Assembly (NCBI GenBank): GCA_047495785.1
Contig: JBLDXI010000033.1
Location: 1,736,001 to 1,800,000, forward strand
Source: Lepidodermella squamata
Lineage: Eukaryota > Animalia > Gastrotricha
Direction: 5' to 3'
DNA length: 64,000 nucleotides
The notes under the pieces were generated by a model that was given only the letters and a program-made list of their open reading frames with translations, did no database searches and was not told where the DNA came from. Numbering within the stretch: position 1 is the stretch's first letter; every line of letters begins with the position of its first letter. Both the position numbers and the translations under genes were made by a program. Positions 12,523 to 28,512 of the stretch are shown here, piece by piece.

Positions 12523-15285
12523 GCCGTGTAGATAGACTTGCTCTAATTGTAAGACATCATGACCTAAACGCCTATAAATGAGTGTATAACAAGTATTTAA
12601 AACCGGTGTCGTGATGGGATTTGGTTACACATTACGCATGTCGACAGGCATTTAAGCGCTTTTGAATTTCGCGCTCACACACACACACCACACCAATGTA
12701 CTTGAGCGTTATCAAAAGTGGGCGCAGGCACGCGAAAGCGGTTATATGCGCGCGCGCACTGTTAGTAACAATTTAAACAGCGGCGGCTTTGAGCGCGTTC
12801 GGTAAAACAAACAACAGCGCGCTCCTATACGCCGCCTGCAACAACCACTGCACGACTGAGCGTGAAGAAGACGAGTCGCGCATATCGCCCACGCTCAGTT
12901 GCACGCAAAATGGCAACACTGCAAGGTCAAGGCATGATTTTCGAGCGGGTCTTCAGTTTTCCCACTTCGTCAGTTGAAACACGAGATTTTGAAGGAGACT
13001 AAATTTTCAATGTCAACATCAAAGAGGTTTACAATCCTTAGATCATCAGTCGAGTATCGACAAATAAAACATGTGGTAAATTAGTTACGGCGCAAATCAG
13101 TTTAATAAGAAGTCAACAATGTTTGCTTAAATCGCACTGAGATAAAAAAAACAGACAGTCACTCAATTGTACGATGACACAAGAGGAATATCGCAAACCT
13201 CTTGGGATCATAAACAGATCAATATGCAGATTATGAGATTACTCTCCTCGTCATGAAGTATTTGTGACATAAAATCCAAATAAACGCGTCGATGACCAAA
13301 TAGCACAACGGTTCCTGCACTGGACATTATATTGAATTCTATGACCATAAATGTTAAAGCTGCTATACATTGTTACACAGCAATCGGTCATGTGTTATGT
13401 ACGACTGGCCATTATATATGCTATGTACGACACATAACATAAATAAGCTCAACAATTCAGGAGATGAAGACTTACAATTAAATATATTATGTACTTGGGA
13501 GGTTGACAATCTGATTGTCATAATAGACCCAAACACTGTCCAATTGATTAACTATTGACTTCACAGGAAGCAGTATGAAGCGTCAACGGTATGCAGCTTT
13601 CGTGTGGAATTTGAATGATTTTGTCAAGACTATTATGTCTCACATTCATAATTCAGCATGCTTAGCAAAAAATATAAAAAATTCAAGCAAGGCGATTACA
13701 TCGGAATGTCGAGTCTTTTAAAATGAATATAAATTTTCTGAGGGTTAAGTATTTGACCTGATGGTGGGTAATGGGCATGAACAGGATGAACGAATGAACT
13801 ATTCAATAAATAGATAGATCTATTTAATACGCTTTTTAGCTCAACTATAATGTCTCCGTTGAAATAATAGGAATCAAGCTATTCAGCTAGGTCAGCAATA
13901 ACGGGCAGATTGTATTGATGACTTCCTCGCACTCGAAGGCAACGAGTGTCGGGATTTGCCAAAACAAGACAGGTTTCCCACAGCGCACATGAACAAAATG
14001 TGATGCCTTGGCGGAGCACGCGAGCCCGGAACGTGGCCATCGTCCTCCAGCTCTAAAAACTATAAACTTGTAGCCCATACATGTAGTTGATCCTCAAAAT
14101 TTTTGCTTGTGTATTCTATGAACCAAGACTAATGACCCTGTTCAATGTTCAAGACGATACTAAAACCTAAAACCTCCTGGTAACTGGTAAGAACTTTACT
14201 ACGATCAGTATGGACATCGGAAATTGGAAACAAATAATAGATATGATATATTAGCAATTAGCAGGACGCGGAAAAAGACCCACGGCTATGAAAATATACT
14301 AGTTCCAACTGAAAACAACCTCAAAGCAACAAGCAACAGTTAAAATGACATTAACAAAAACCAACAGCCTCGAAGGTACATGCTGAATGACGACCGAACA
14401 ATGACAACATCTAACATATTAAACTTATGTCAACTATCAAAAAAAATTCCATATTGCTACATGCTAATTTACTGACTTTTCGATTTACCATTAACTCTGA
14501 CACACGCAAGACCTTGTGCTCACAAATCCAGCAAAACGCTAACAGTTAGCTAAACAGACCCTTTCGACAATAAAAATCCTAAATCCTGATGGAATAAGAT
14601 GAAGTATTAGGTAGCATGAAGTGGCAATGAAAAGCCAACAGAGAGTAAAGCAAGGTACCAAGAACCAGAACCAGCCGCCAGCGACGGCAGAAAACAGGGA
14701 ACAACGGAAAAGCCGACAGCAGCAAACGGACAGAAACCTAGCGGCATCCTTTCAACTTTTTGAAAATTGCGCCTTCCAAAAATAAAAAATGCCCATAAAT
14801 ATTAAAAATTAAAAATATATAGATTTAACATAACAATAATAAATCCGGTGAAACATTCCCAATTCAAATAGCAGAATTTGGCGCGCAATTTTCAAAGATG
14901 AGGTTCTCACGCGTGGTCCGTCGGCAACATTCTCATGCCTCGCGTACCTGCATATAAGCTGTCTTCCGTCTTCCGTTCCCTATTTGGGGTCTCATGTCTC
15001 ATGTCACGCTCTCTTTTAAATCGGTATTTGGTTTTATTATGAGGAATCAAGTCAATAGTAAGTATTCAGACTGTTATATTTGTCGATTGGCAATAGTGTT
15101 GGCCAGCTCTCCACGATTGTGAGAAGTGAGCGTTTACACCTCATCGAGCGATGTGAAATTTTTGCCCTTCTATATCGATATGCAGAGTTTTCAATTATCA
15201 ATCCTTTGTTATTTCATGTTGAAAGACTCCACTCGTTTACTGTCGGTTTGCCATTTTTGCTCATTAAATGTAGTGGTATTAATGA

Positions 15286-18200
15286 ATGGGATCGCCCATC
15301 AACGTCTCGAAGCAAATGGTACCAACAGGAGCACATTCGCAGCGAATTTCCGATCCTTTCAGAGAATTGATTTCTTACTATGTGAAAAGCGAGCTTGACG
15401 AAAACTCTATTGACATTCTGAGGAGATTTGGCGCTGATCCTTTAGATGCGAAACGTAAATAAACTGATTTTTAATCAATCTGAAGGTATTTGAAATGTTC
15501 CATTTCAGGAAATAGTCGGAGTGGATTACTGGACACGGATTATCGAACCGTTACATCCGGTAGTAGCATAGGGGATCTGGTTACAGTGAGCTCATCATGG
15601 CCGTTTCCCCGTGTCCTTACCGATCGGCTTGCTGCGTGTCAGGTCACTTGTAACACGGGCTATCTGCAAGACATCGGACGAGCTTGGCTTGCCGTCGATG
15701 GCTGGTTGGCGTTGTGGAAACCTAGCGATACCTCAGGAAATAGCTTGGTTACTCTTGATCGCGTTCAGCAGTGGGGTCGAAGCATATTATGCCTCGGGAT
15801 CGTTACCCCGAAACCAGGAGTTTTCAGGGATAATGTAATTTCTCACATTCTCTGCATCGGAACCACCGACGACGTTCATATTGTTGGCGTTGTGACTAAA
15901 AGCGCTTCATCGTCAGATTCAGCTGACGAAACCTGTCAGTTAACTGACGTTTTGATGAGTTGCTCTACTGATGGAGTTGCGATGCAAGATATCGCCTGTT
16001 CGTCTAACGGACGAATTTTCCTCGCAGGTGTTGATGGATTCGTGTACGAAGTTGAATACAACGCCGTTGATACGTGGTGGACACCGAAACTTCGTCTGGT
16101 TAACCTCACATCTTCGTGGTTCCCTCTTTCATCCGTCACTAATATTTTTGGCTTATCGAAAGTTGATCCTTTGAAGCAGCTGTGTATTGACTGTGAGCGA
16201 CGAATCTTATATTCGAGATCCGAGAATGACACAATTTCTGCTTATTCTCTGGGCCAAGAAGCCATGCAAGCGTTTTATCACATGGGATCTGTGCACGTTA
16301 ACGACGCTCGAAAAGCGGCCGATCGACTATTTGGCGAAGCAGTCGCCACTGTTTCTCTCTTTCAGCATATTGTTGACATTGCTCCAGTACCATTGTCCGA
16401 TTCTACTGCGATTTCGCTTGTCGCCATTACCGATGGTGGTGCTAGAATTTATTTCTCTGCTCCCACCCAAACATCGCCAGATTTTTACCTTCGCCACATC
16501 CGGCTTCCACCAGGCTATACGCCTTCAGTAACTAGTCGGCCATCTGGCGTGTATGCAGTGTCCACGCTGCCTGGGTTTTCACTGATGTTCACCGCGGTCC
16601 AAACGCGTGCCACTCCTGCATCGCCTGGTTTATTGGCTAGGCCATCATCTGTGGACCAAACGATCGCATGGGTATACGCTTCTGGAGCTAAATCAACCAT
16701 CTTGAACCCACCTGTTGGGATGAATGGCGAAATCACGCCATCAGCATCAGGCGAATTCGTCTCGCCCGCAGCCCTCTTTCTCGGCAGGGTCCTACACGTT
16801 TCGCTGCTTACTCGAGCAAAAGAAGCTGCATCGGTTCCGCTGTGGTAATATAGTTCAGCTTATATATTATAATTGTTTGATTTCTTTGCTTTTCGTAGTG
16901 TGCGACGAAACAAACTTTTGGCTATTACTGATGGGGTCATTCACGTTATAGAAACGGTCTCTCTAGTAGACCAATTTCGATGCTTGGTTTCTCTATCAGC
17001 CGCTGCACCTGTCGACCGCGGAACGACGTCTGGCCCTCGAGATATCAACCGATTGGTCGCCCTATTGGGGCCTGTTCGCGTCTGCGCCTTGGCTCTAGCG
17101 TCATTGACTTTCGATCCAAGTCGAATTCAATGTGACCCGCAGTTGGTTTTGGCTTGTTTGAATAAGTATGGCATTCAAACCATGCCATCGAACATGGCCA
17201 ATATTCGCCAACCAGCCACGCCACAGCAACCACATTGGATGCAACATAGCTTGATTGGCGGAGCTCAGTCATCGCCTCAGACGCCTGGGGGAGCTCAACC
17301 TACCATCCAGCCCCAGCACGCCTGGAAAGCCACAACTCCTCGATCTGACGCGATCGCTCTCTGCTCCGCGCTTCTGCTGTCGCCCATATGGCAGAGTTCG
17401 TTAATTGTTCGCAACCAAATTTCAGCTAAGCCTGACATGACAATGTCGCCTAGTAAGCAACTCCAAGTTTTGCAATCGGTTTTCGAAAGCAGACTGTCGC
17501 CTTCATACCTGAATTCAACCGCTCGGGCGTTGCGATCTGTCCTTGAAATTATTTCTCGCTTCGTTCCGGCGACGACTACCCAGCCTATGGTACGTGGCCA
17601 TCACCAAGCTATGTCGCCCTTGGTCGTCGAAACCGACGAATTGCGCCGTTGGATTCACATCACTGAGCGTCTTGTTCAGTTGATCAGTCTGCTCGGTATC
17701 ATCGCAGAACACGATATCGACGCACTGCTCACCCGTGGCTGCGAATCGAGCGAGGCCCAAGCTGTTTTCGCCTCGTTGACCCTCAACCAATGGCTCGCGT
17801 CGAGCTTGGAGGATGACAACACTGTTACAAGTGCGCTGATCGCCGCTTTATTCCGCCTCTACGACCTTGCTGGTAGTGATACCGGACCTCTTAGCACCAG
17901 GCTTGAAGCTGCCTGTCCAGCTCTGTACACCCGCCTGGAACGGGTCTATGCAAAAGCCTTGCGTTTGCTCGTCGCTGCGGATAAAGCTGCTATCGATCGG
18001 CGACCTGAATTGCTGCAACAAGCAGTCGGTTTATTACGAGAAGTTGCACCGCATCTGAATCTCGCCCCTGTTTGCCAACACCTTGTTCGTCTGGGTTGCC
18101 ACGTCGGAGTTCTGGACATCTGCCTCGAAGCAGCCAGGATTCTCGATCCGCATTCGATGGCTCTGATGCATCTGAGAAATGGCCGGCCCCTCAACGACAA

Positions 18201-20175
18201 CGCTGGCCGGGCGGCTTTGGACGTTCGCCATCAGTGCTACAACCCGATTGCTCAAATGTTGAACGTGTTATTGGTTGAAAGCGGGCAGCCGGGTGGAAGT
18301 CTTGATGTTGTTCTGAAAATGATCTGCCGCGTTACCGACGATGCTGTGTTCCACTTTTTCGTCTACGACTGGTTGCTGGATAAGAACATGTCCGATCGTC
18401 TGATTGGCGCCCACCAGCCGGACGCGCCGGTCATGCCGTTCGCCGACGAATACCTTCGAATGTGCTTGGCTCTCGCGACCAGCCTCGACGGTGGAATGAC
18501 TGGTTCTGAGATGGTGTCACCCCTCCCCGGTGGTTTGAACGCGGAATCGCTTTCGGAATTGCTTGTCAATGTCTACATTAAACAAGGCAGGCATGCAGAT
18601 GCGGCTGAATTGTTAGCCCGCCTCGCCGAGGACGACTCGTCATCGTCGTCCCTGAGCGACCGCATCGCCCGACTCAGCCGAGCTATTCTTTGCCTGCGGT
18701 CGATTTGCGGCATGGATGACCAGTCGGCTACGTCTCAGCTGTTCTTGGGCGAGTTATCTGACAAACTTGAAGCTGCTCATCACCAGGAAAAACTGGCTGA
18801 GCGAGTTGCTATGGCTGCTAGAGCACCGGATGCGTCTGGTATTTTGCGGAAACATGCCGATGTCGCGCTTTCTCAGCTAAATGCAAGGCTTCTCCCCATC
18901 CAACAGGTATTTTCTTGATGTGTATATCTAAAATTGTTGAAAAACTGACGGTTTATTGTTCATCCCAGATGTATGACATTGCATCGACGTCTGAACTTCG
19001 CATTCCAGACGCTTGTCTTCCGTTGCTTCGATTTGCCAATATTACAGACGTGGGTGTCATTAAGGAAGTTTGGAAAGCCGTCGTTGATACACGTAAGCCT
19101 TTGCTCTGTTGAATATTTCCTAACAATAACCAGAAATTCTAAATTTTTGTAATGCCTAACCATCCAAATTTTCCTTAGTGAAACCACCGAATCCCCCAAA
19201 AGGCTATTGGCTGAACTAAAAATTGTTGGAGCACGCGATTTGGTAAATTTTCCAGATTCTTTGCATGCTATTTCTTGAAAAAGGAAAAATTTCCGAAAAA
19301 CAAATTCTCGGCCTTCGCGAATCAAACCCAGAAATTCATGATTTTTTCAAGAAGTAATATGCCAAGATGCGGGAAATTTCACCAAATCGCGTGCTTCAAC
19401 ATTTTTTAGTTCAGCCAATAGCTATTTTAGGGACTCGGCGGTTTCTCCAGCTGCTAAGTTACATGCTTCGAATGGAAAAAGTTCAAAGAATCCAGGATAT
19501 ATTGCTAGTAGCCTGAGAATTTGCATAAAAAGTCATATTTATAATTATTCAGTTTTGGCTAAATACGGTCGCCTGTCTGGATCCGACCAGGCTAAGATGT
19601 CTATGGCTGAAGAATTCGCCGCGATTGCTAAACAGCACATCTCGTCCGACTTGTTCTTCCCGCTTGATTTCATCATGCTGCAACTCGAATTCGCCGCCGT
19701 TGAAATGTCGTTCGGCTCCGGTTGGGTGCCGCACATTTTCCTCGACCAGCTCAACATTTCGCCTGTGATTCTGTTGAATGTCTACCGCCACGCCGTTACG
19801 GATCGTATGCAATTCTGGGAATCGGTCGGCCAGCCGCTTCACCTGGTTGAATCCGCTCTAAGCGTCGTTCAAGCTGCTGTTAATTCGATGTCAAGTGGCA
19901 GGGGCATGTCTGCGACCGAGCGCGGTCGTGTTCGTGATATCTTGGAGCAGTTTCTCGACGAATGCCGCGTTGAAGTTCAGCAGTCGCTGACACTGGTTGG
20001 CCACGACGAAACGGGAAGCGCAGGGTCTTTGCTGTCGAGAGTCAACGAGTTGAAGGGAATGCTGAGGTCCGAGCCGTCTGTGATCGCGTCTCCCTCGCCC
20101 TACCACCCGGCCGCGATTTCATCGCCTTCGCTTCTAATGAGCGCATCCCGGACACCACGTTTTGGTGCTCGCTAG
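15286..20175 (+). CDS. NUP155: Nucleoporin Nup155/Nup170 family, multi-exon
   Basis: SGLLDTDY, IGRAWLAVDGWLALW, PKPGVF, NGRIFLAGVDGFVYEVEY, RILYSRS, LRHIRLPPG, FHFFVYDWLL, LSDRIARLSRAIL, FFPLDFIMLQLE. Exons join through GT-AG introns; the start codon is inferred. Confidence 0.9.
19180..19445. mobile_element. Fold-back/MITE-like inverted repeat in a NUP155 intron
   Basis: About 100-bp imperfect arms: ...GCTATTGGCTGAACTAAAAATTGTTGGAGCACGCGATTTGGT... versus ...ACCAAATCGCGTGCTTCAACATTTTTTAGTTCAGCCAATAGC... Confidence 0.7.
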
Positions 20176-23100
20176 TCAACTTAACGCATTGATTTGAATT
20201 CAATTTTTAGGAAAAATAAAATGTTAGGCGTTTTTTGTTGTCACCGCCTCGGGTTGCGCTCCAAGCGGAGTGATTACACGTGATCAATAAACCCTTTTTA
20301 CTTCTCTGTGAATATTCTCTCACTCGATCACTGTTGATGTCCGCTTGAATTCTACTTCCGGTTCAACCAAAATACACGCTCGTCGCTTTGATTTCTGAAA
20401 TAAAACTGCGAAATTATTGAAAAACGCTTTTTTTACTTATGCAATACCAATATTATTTTCCAGTAACTGAGGTGAGAAAATATCGGAGATGTTACGAAAA
20501 GCGTTGATCAGGGTCATGAGCTGGAATTTTCCAGTAGTACATATCCAACTAGTGTGTTACCCATAACCCATAGAATCACCTTGCCACCTATTTTTATGCA
20601 AGACGAGGTCCTGCCAGCGCTCGAATTACATCGACTATAATACAAGTTCAGTTATTGGGAGGTCATATTTCCAAGGACAAGTCAGGCTGGTCTCTTCGTT
20701 CGAAACACCGCCATAACAATCGGTCAACTTACAAGTAGGTACCTGAGCCTGAAATTGTGGCTCATTTTCACGAACATTCAGTAACACGTAATGGGCACAG
20801 CGAAAGCATGATAGCTTCAAACCTTGTATTTAGGCTTGGAAGTTCCGACTTTGTACAGATAAAACCAATACCATTATTATTTGGATTTGCCACCTATTAC
20901 TACGGTTGAAAAAGAATGATGACCTGCCATGATCGAAAGCTTCTCTATACATTATTAAGTGGTTAAATCTAAAACCTGTGACATTATGTACTGTGTAGCT
21001 TGCCAAGCCAAGGACAGTACAAAAATAGGTATCATTTACCTATCAGCAGAAGGCCAAAAATACTTCGATGTCCGCGTCTAATAGGAAACTGCAACCTGCA
21101 CTCGGATGGAACCTCGACGACTAGGAAATTCAAAACTGATACTGCGAAATCTATGCGACAGCAAGATTTCCGCAAACCTTTGTTAGCGGATTTATAACAT
21201 AAAATTTTCTTTATTATTTGATCCTTTTTCCTTCATTAAATAGTATAAAAGATTGTGTATGAAAATGACAGTAATTATAACAAATTAAGGAGAAAACTGA
21301 AAAATAAATTGGATGCTGTGTACCCAACTCAAATTAATTTACACCAAGCGCACCTAGTGTCATAGGAGGACCGGCATCAAGCGCATACCTTCGTACCTAT
21401 CCTTTTCGTCAACCTGGATTAACTATACCCAATATGAACTTCAAGAAATTTCAATTACGCCAAAATAGCTACGAATTTGGCCATGCAAAACATTTCTATC
21501 CTGGGCCACGTAATCAGCCTCCTAAAAATGTCTTATCCCTATTTTGTTCAATAATGTTACCTATTAACAACATCGATCCACCTCAGTTTTGGTCGCCCTT
21601 GAGGTATAGCTAGTTCACGTATCATCTATGGGCTGCAGTGATTTTTGGCACATTGCTTTTCGAACCTAGCTGTCCACAAGTCCCTGGCGAATTCAGCATT
21701 TATAATCTCCAGTACTCATCGTTATCTCCTCCAAGTTTTCAAAGCAGAGCGCATATATCGGGTATTTGTTTCTAGTTATGAAACCAGCTTCAAAGTAGCA
21801 ATATCAATATTGGCGGTTCCATCATTTTACGAAAGTTATCGAAGCAAACTCTCAGCTACTAAAGTTGATAACATTGATAATCTTTTGAATTTACCTTCAA
21901 ACCGCAGAAAAACTCAAGACACGATAAAAATGATAATGCTAGTTACGCAGTTTTATTTATCAAATATCGCCTGTCACCTGGAGAATACGTTTGCTTTGCT
22001 TTTTCTCTCGATTCAGTGTCACAACATCAGGCAAATAGCACATGAATGATGATGACGACCAGTGTATAATATAGATAGTTATAATATATAAATTCATTTT
22101 ACAGGCTTCAAGCTTTAAGAGTCAATCGCTGTGATTTACAATAGCACAAGCGATGCTTTTTTTGGCAAAGAAATGCATTCAGCCAGCCTTCTGTATCAGT
22201 TTTCGTTCCAGCTTTCTATCAATTCATTGAAGGTTTTGAAAATATTCGTACAAAACGAATTTAAACATGAATTTCAGGAAACACGCGCGACGATGAAGAG
22301 AAATATTAGTAGTAACTGATAATTGCAAAACAGGATTTTTCAACTTCCACAATGTAATGAAGAACTTGTCAAACTTGCCGAAGAAAACGAAAATAACAGC
22401 TTCCCGCAGTACAAAAGTAATAATGATCGATTTTATTTGCATCTGACAGTCATATTTCTACTACTAACCAATCAACGACGCGGCACCAAGTACCAGTGTT
22501 CTTAACAAATGACTCTGGGCATGGTAAGATAGGACGTTGTTTTAAAAAATAGAGTTCATACATGCCAAGAAGTTGATATCAACGGATCTGTAGTATAGAA
22601 AGAGTTCGAAAATCGGTTTCGCATTATAAAAACAAAATTTCCAAAATTGCTAGATTAATAATGATCTTACAATCGATGAATTATTGAAAAAGGAGCCGTA
22701 TTAGAGAATCGGGACAGTTTTTTTAATCGAAGATCACAGACGCCTTTGGATGGCTGGCAGCGCGAGTCGTGCTCGCCTTTCAAAAACTAGCCTAGAAAAG
22801 TTATCCATCAATTATTTACTCATCAATATTCATTAAAAAAATCCACCGGAGACAACAATTTAGGAAGAGCTTGGCTGTAAACAGCAGAAGTTTCAAATAA
22901 CAAAAAAAAATCCGACATAAATTTGTAAACACGTTGCTGTTACGTACCGCTAGAGTTTGGACTCAACTAGAACGTAAATGCTACCTCATCAAGTTTTGAT
23001 GGCACACTAACACTGAGTTTTCGAGTAGAACTCGGGAAGTTGAACTTCGGCGACATAGATGCAATATTTGTATTGTAGCTTAAGCACAACAAATGCGTTC

Positions 23101-23316
23101 AAGTGTTCGATAAATTCAAACGCCCATGTTTCCGATCAGAAATCAGAAGATTGAGAAAATAACGCCCATTTCTTGGATATTTTTCTGTACATCAATTTGA
23201 ATTAAATGAGGTGTTGAAGTTATATTGTTAGAAAATGTATTAACGATATCAGAGAAAGTAGTGACCAGAAAATTAGGAAAAAATGCGCCGCGTATTTAAA
23301 ATAACAGTTCGTGAAA

Positions 23317-24332
23317 TTATTCATCGCCATCGACGCTGAGCGACTCGTCCGAAGACATGCCGGCGTCTTCTTCTGACGGACTTTTGTCGAAGAAAACATC
23401 CGGCTGAGCAGGAGTCGACAAACCAGGCGTCAGTGAATTTTGGTCGGAGGAATGGCGCAGTCTGCCGTTACCGGAAATGCGGCCTGATTGCGACGAAGAG
23501 TCGCGTAGCAGACGATAGAAATCTTCTATCTCTTGCTCTGAGATGTTCACTTGGCTGTCCTCATCGCCAGCTTCCTGCCAGCCCATCGACAGCAAAAGAG
23601 CACGTTCGGCGTCAGAGTCAACAAAACTGCTATAGTGGCAAGGCTTAGCATTCATAGTGAATTCATTTTGTATATCGAAATTGCAAGTTTTGTCAGATTT
23701 TGGCAAAGCATTGGATTCATCATTCGCAGTAAGAGGTAGCTAGTAAAATGATCTAAATTAACAGGTCATAATTTAGTGAAGCAGTTAATTACCTGAGCGC
23801 CGTTGTGCTGAAGACGCGTTTTAGCCAAATCGCGGTCGACGTACGACGGGCAGAATACGTCATCGATCATATCATATTCACGGCGCACACTAGCAACACG
23901 GGGACGGGTCGCCTGAGTCTCGTTGACTTGTCTTTCAGAAACATTTCGCATCCTGAGACCGCGCATTTGAGAATGGCGGAAAGGATTATGACCTAAAGAA
24001 TCATTAAAAACGCCTGAAAATACCACTTAGTCCAAGAAATAAAGATTTAATCGAGATTACTTGATTTGAAGTCGCTATTGGCACCATAATAGTGGGACAA
24101 TGAGAGCGGAGTCTGGTGAGTTGGCTCGTGGTAGTAATTGGGATGATGTATATGCGTAGCATTGTAACCTGGAAACGAAGACTTGAAGGCTCTATCCTTG
24201 AATGGGCTGAAAACCTGCGCGTCACAAATAATTGAAAATTACAACAGCCATCGATTTCATTAATTTATAATTTACCGATCCGTGATGCCAACTACCTCTC
24301 GGCTCAAAATCATCGCCACTCGCGTAAGGCAT
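23317..24332 (-). CDS. Vasculin/GPBP1-like protein, multi-exon
   Basis: C-terminal exon DSDAERALLLSMGWQEAGDEDSQVNISEQEIEDF plus an acidic tail resembles the vasculin motif (EAEHRLLKEMGWQE...LTEDEMREF). First exon MPYASGDDFEPRGSW ends at a GT donor. Confidence 0.6.
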
Positions 24333-25244
24333 CGTACAAAATGTAAACAAAGCGAGATAGCAAGATGAGGTACCAAAACACCGATTCAATCGAACGATTG
24401 TTGTACGAAAGTACAAAGTGAATTCAACTAGTGCTACACCATCAGTTGAAGCGAGATAATAACATTTAATCACTAAAATTACAAAAAATGCAAAGATGTA
24501 CCAATACCTAAGATGAATACCTAAGATTATCACCGCAAAAATGTCATAATTTTATATGCAGAGAGCCCAAGTAAGTTGTAAGTACATTTCATCAGTTATC
24601 ATCTAAAAATGCTTAAAATATGGTATACAGCTCATACTTCTCCATTGCCCATGAGGTGAAAAGCTGCAGATACCTTGACAGGGGGCAGCGAACACCTCGC
24701 CACTGGCTGGCGCCGCAACTACCTGTTCCAAGGGTGAATCTGAACACTGAACCCTGAACAGTGGACGATTCGATGTAGATGCACGATCCGAATCCGAAAG
24801 ATATCTCCGTCTACGATAGATCCCCTTCCCCGTTCTCCGCTTTATCCCACTATGCCCCTAATAAAGTATATTCATATTACATAATTTTATATGTTAATCG
24901 ATTATTTATAGAATATTGATTTATATTGGATCTGAACAATTTTTTAACATAAATTTAAGAAGGATGAATGATTTTGTCCTGTAATTGTTCTGTTTTCGGC
25001 GATTTCCCGGTCAACTTTTCGATTTGCAGATGTTTCCAGGATCGAAGTCGCGTGTCTAAGTCTCGAAATTTCGCGCGCTGTTGGATTTTTTTAAAAGCAT
25101 TTCATCACTTCAAACATAAACTCATTTTCGTGTCAAATGGAAGATGATTACACGCAGGGGAGATCGCATTTTACTACTTGCGATGCGAAATGTTTAACGC
25201 TGACGTGTTATTGTCTGGAATAATCAATTATGAATCATCTTCGG

Positions 25245-25257
25245 TTCTGGAACCTTC
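25245..25257. promoter_or_regulatory. Heat-shock element upstream of VCP
   Basis: TTCtgGAAccTTC is three alternating nGAAn units, ~140 nt upstream of the VCP ATG. Confidence 0.4.
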
Positions 25258-25398
25258 TTGGGTTACCACATGTCTATTTAACATCTAGGATATGGCATTT
25301 GCTGTTAATAACTTCCCTGAAGTCATTTGTATGTTGGTTTCAGCGGATATACTTGTTATTTTGTTTTAGGAATTTTAACCCTATATAAATAAGTAAAC

Positions 25399-27947
<2,549 letters not shown>

Positions 27948-28512
27948 ACGCAGCAAAACCAATTAACCAAGATTGAATAACTCAGTAAACGCTCGATGAT
28001 TTTAGGCTTTGATTATTCGCTGTAGGATGTTCGTGTGAATTTATTAAAATCAGAATTACTTGGCATTTTCATTGTGCCTTTTATTTGCTTTTCGAGTGAA
28101 AAAGATGAATTTTTTTCTCAGCTGAAAGTGATACCGGAAACGGAAACCACATGCTGTGTATTCTCTCTCTGAAAGGGACTAATTTTAGTTGGGCGGCTTC
28201 ATCATTACCATATGCATGTTTTGTGGAATAAAAACCAGAAATTTAACTTCAATTACTACATGTCGCGGTTATTTCCGGGATTGTGCTGTATCTTGTCGTA
28301 ATGTGATGATCAACATAGTCGTTTAACGACTATCAATCTATCTTCTGTTCTTACAAACTTGTCGTGATCGTCTGTGTTAGAAGCACATCAAATGTCGATA
28401 AACGAAAACAATAAAATATGTGTTTGAGCTATCATTTCGCTTTATTTTTCAATTCTTAACCTTTTGAGAAAAGCATCACATACAAACACGTTAAAACAAT
28501 GATTATTGACAG

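Noticed and set aside
13000-14900. Separate gene between the LAP gene and NUP155
   Set aside because: Only short unconvincing ORFs; more simply 5' UTR exons, introns and the shared divergent promoter.
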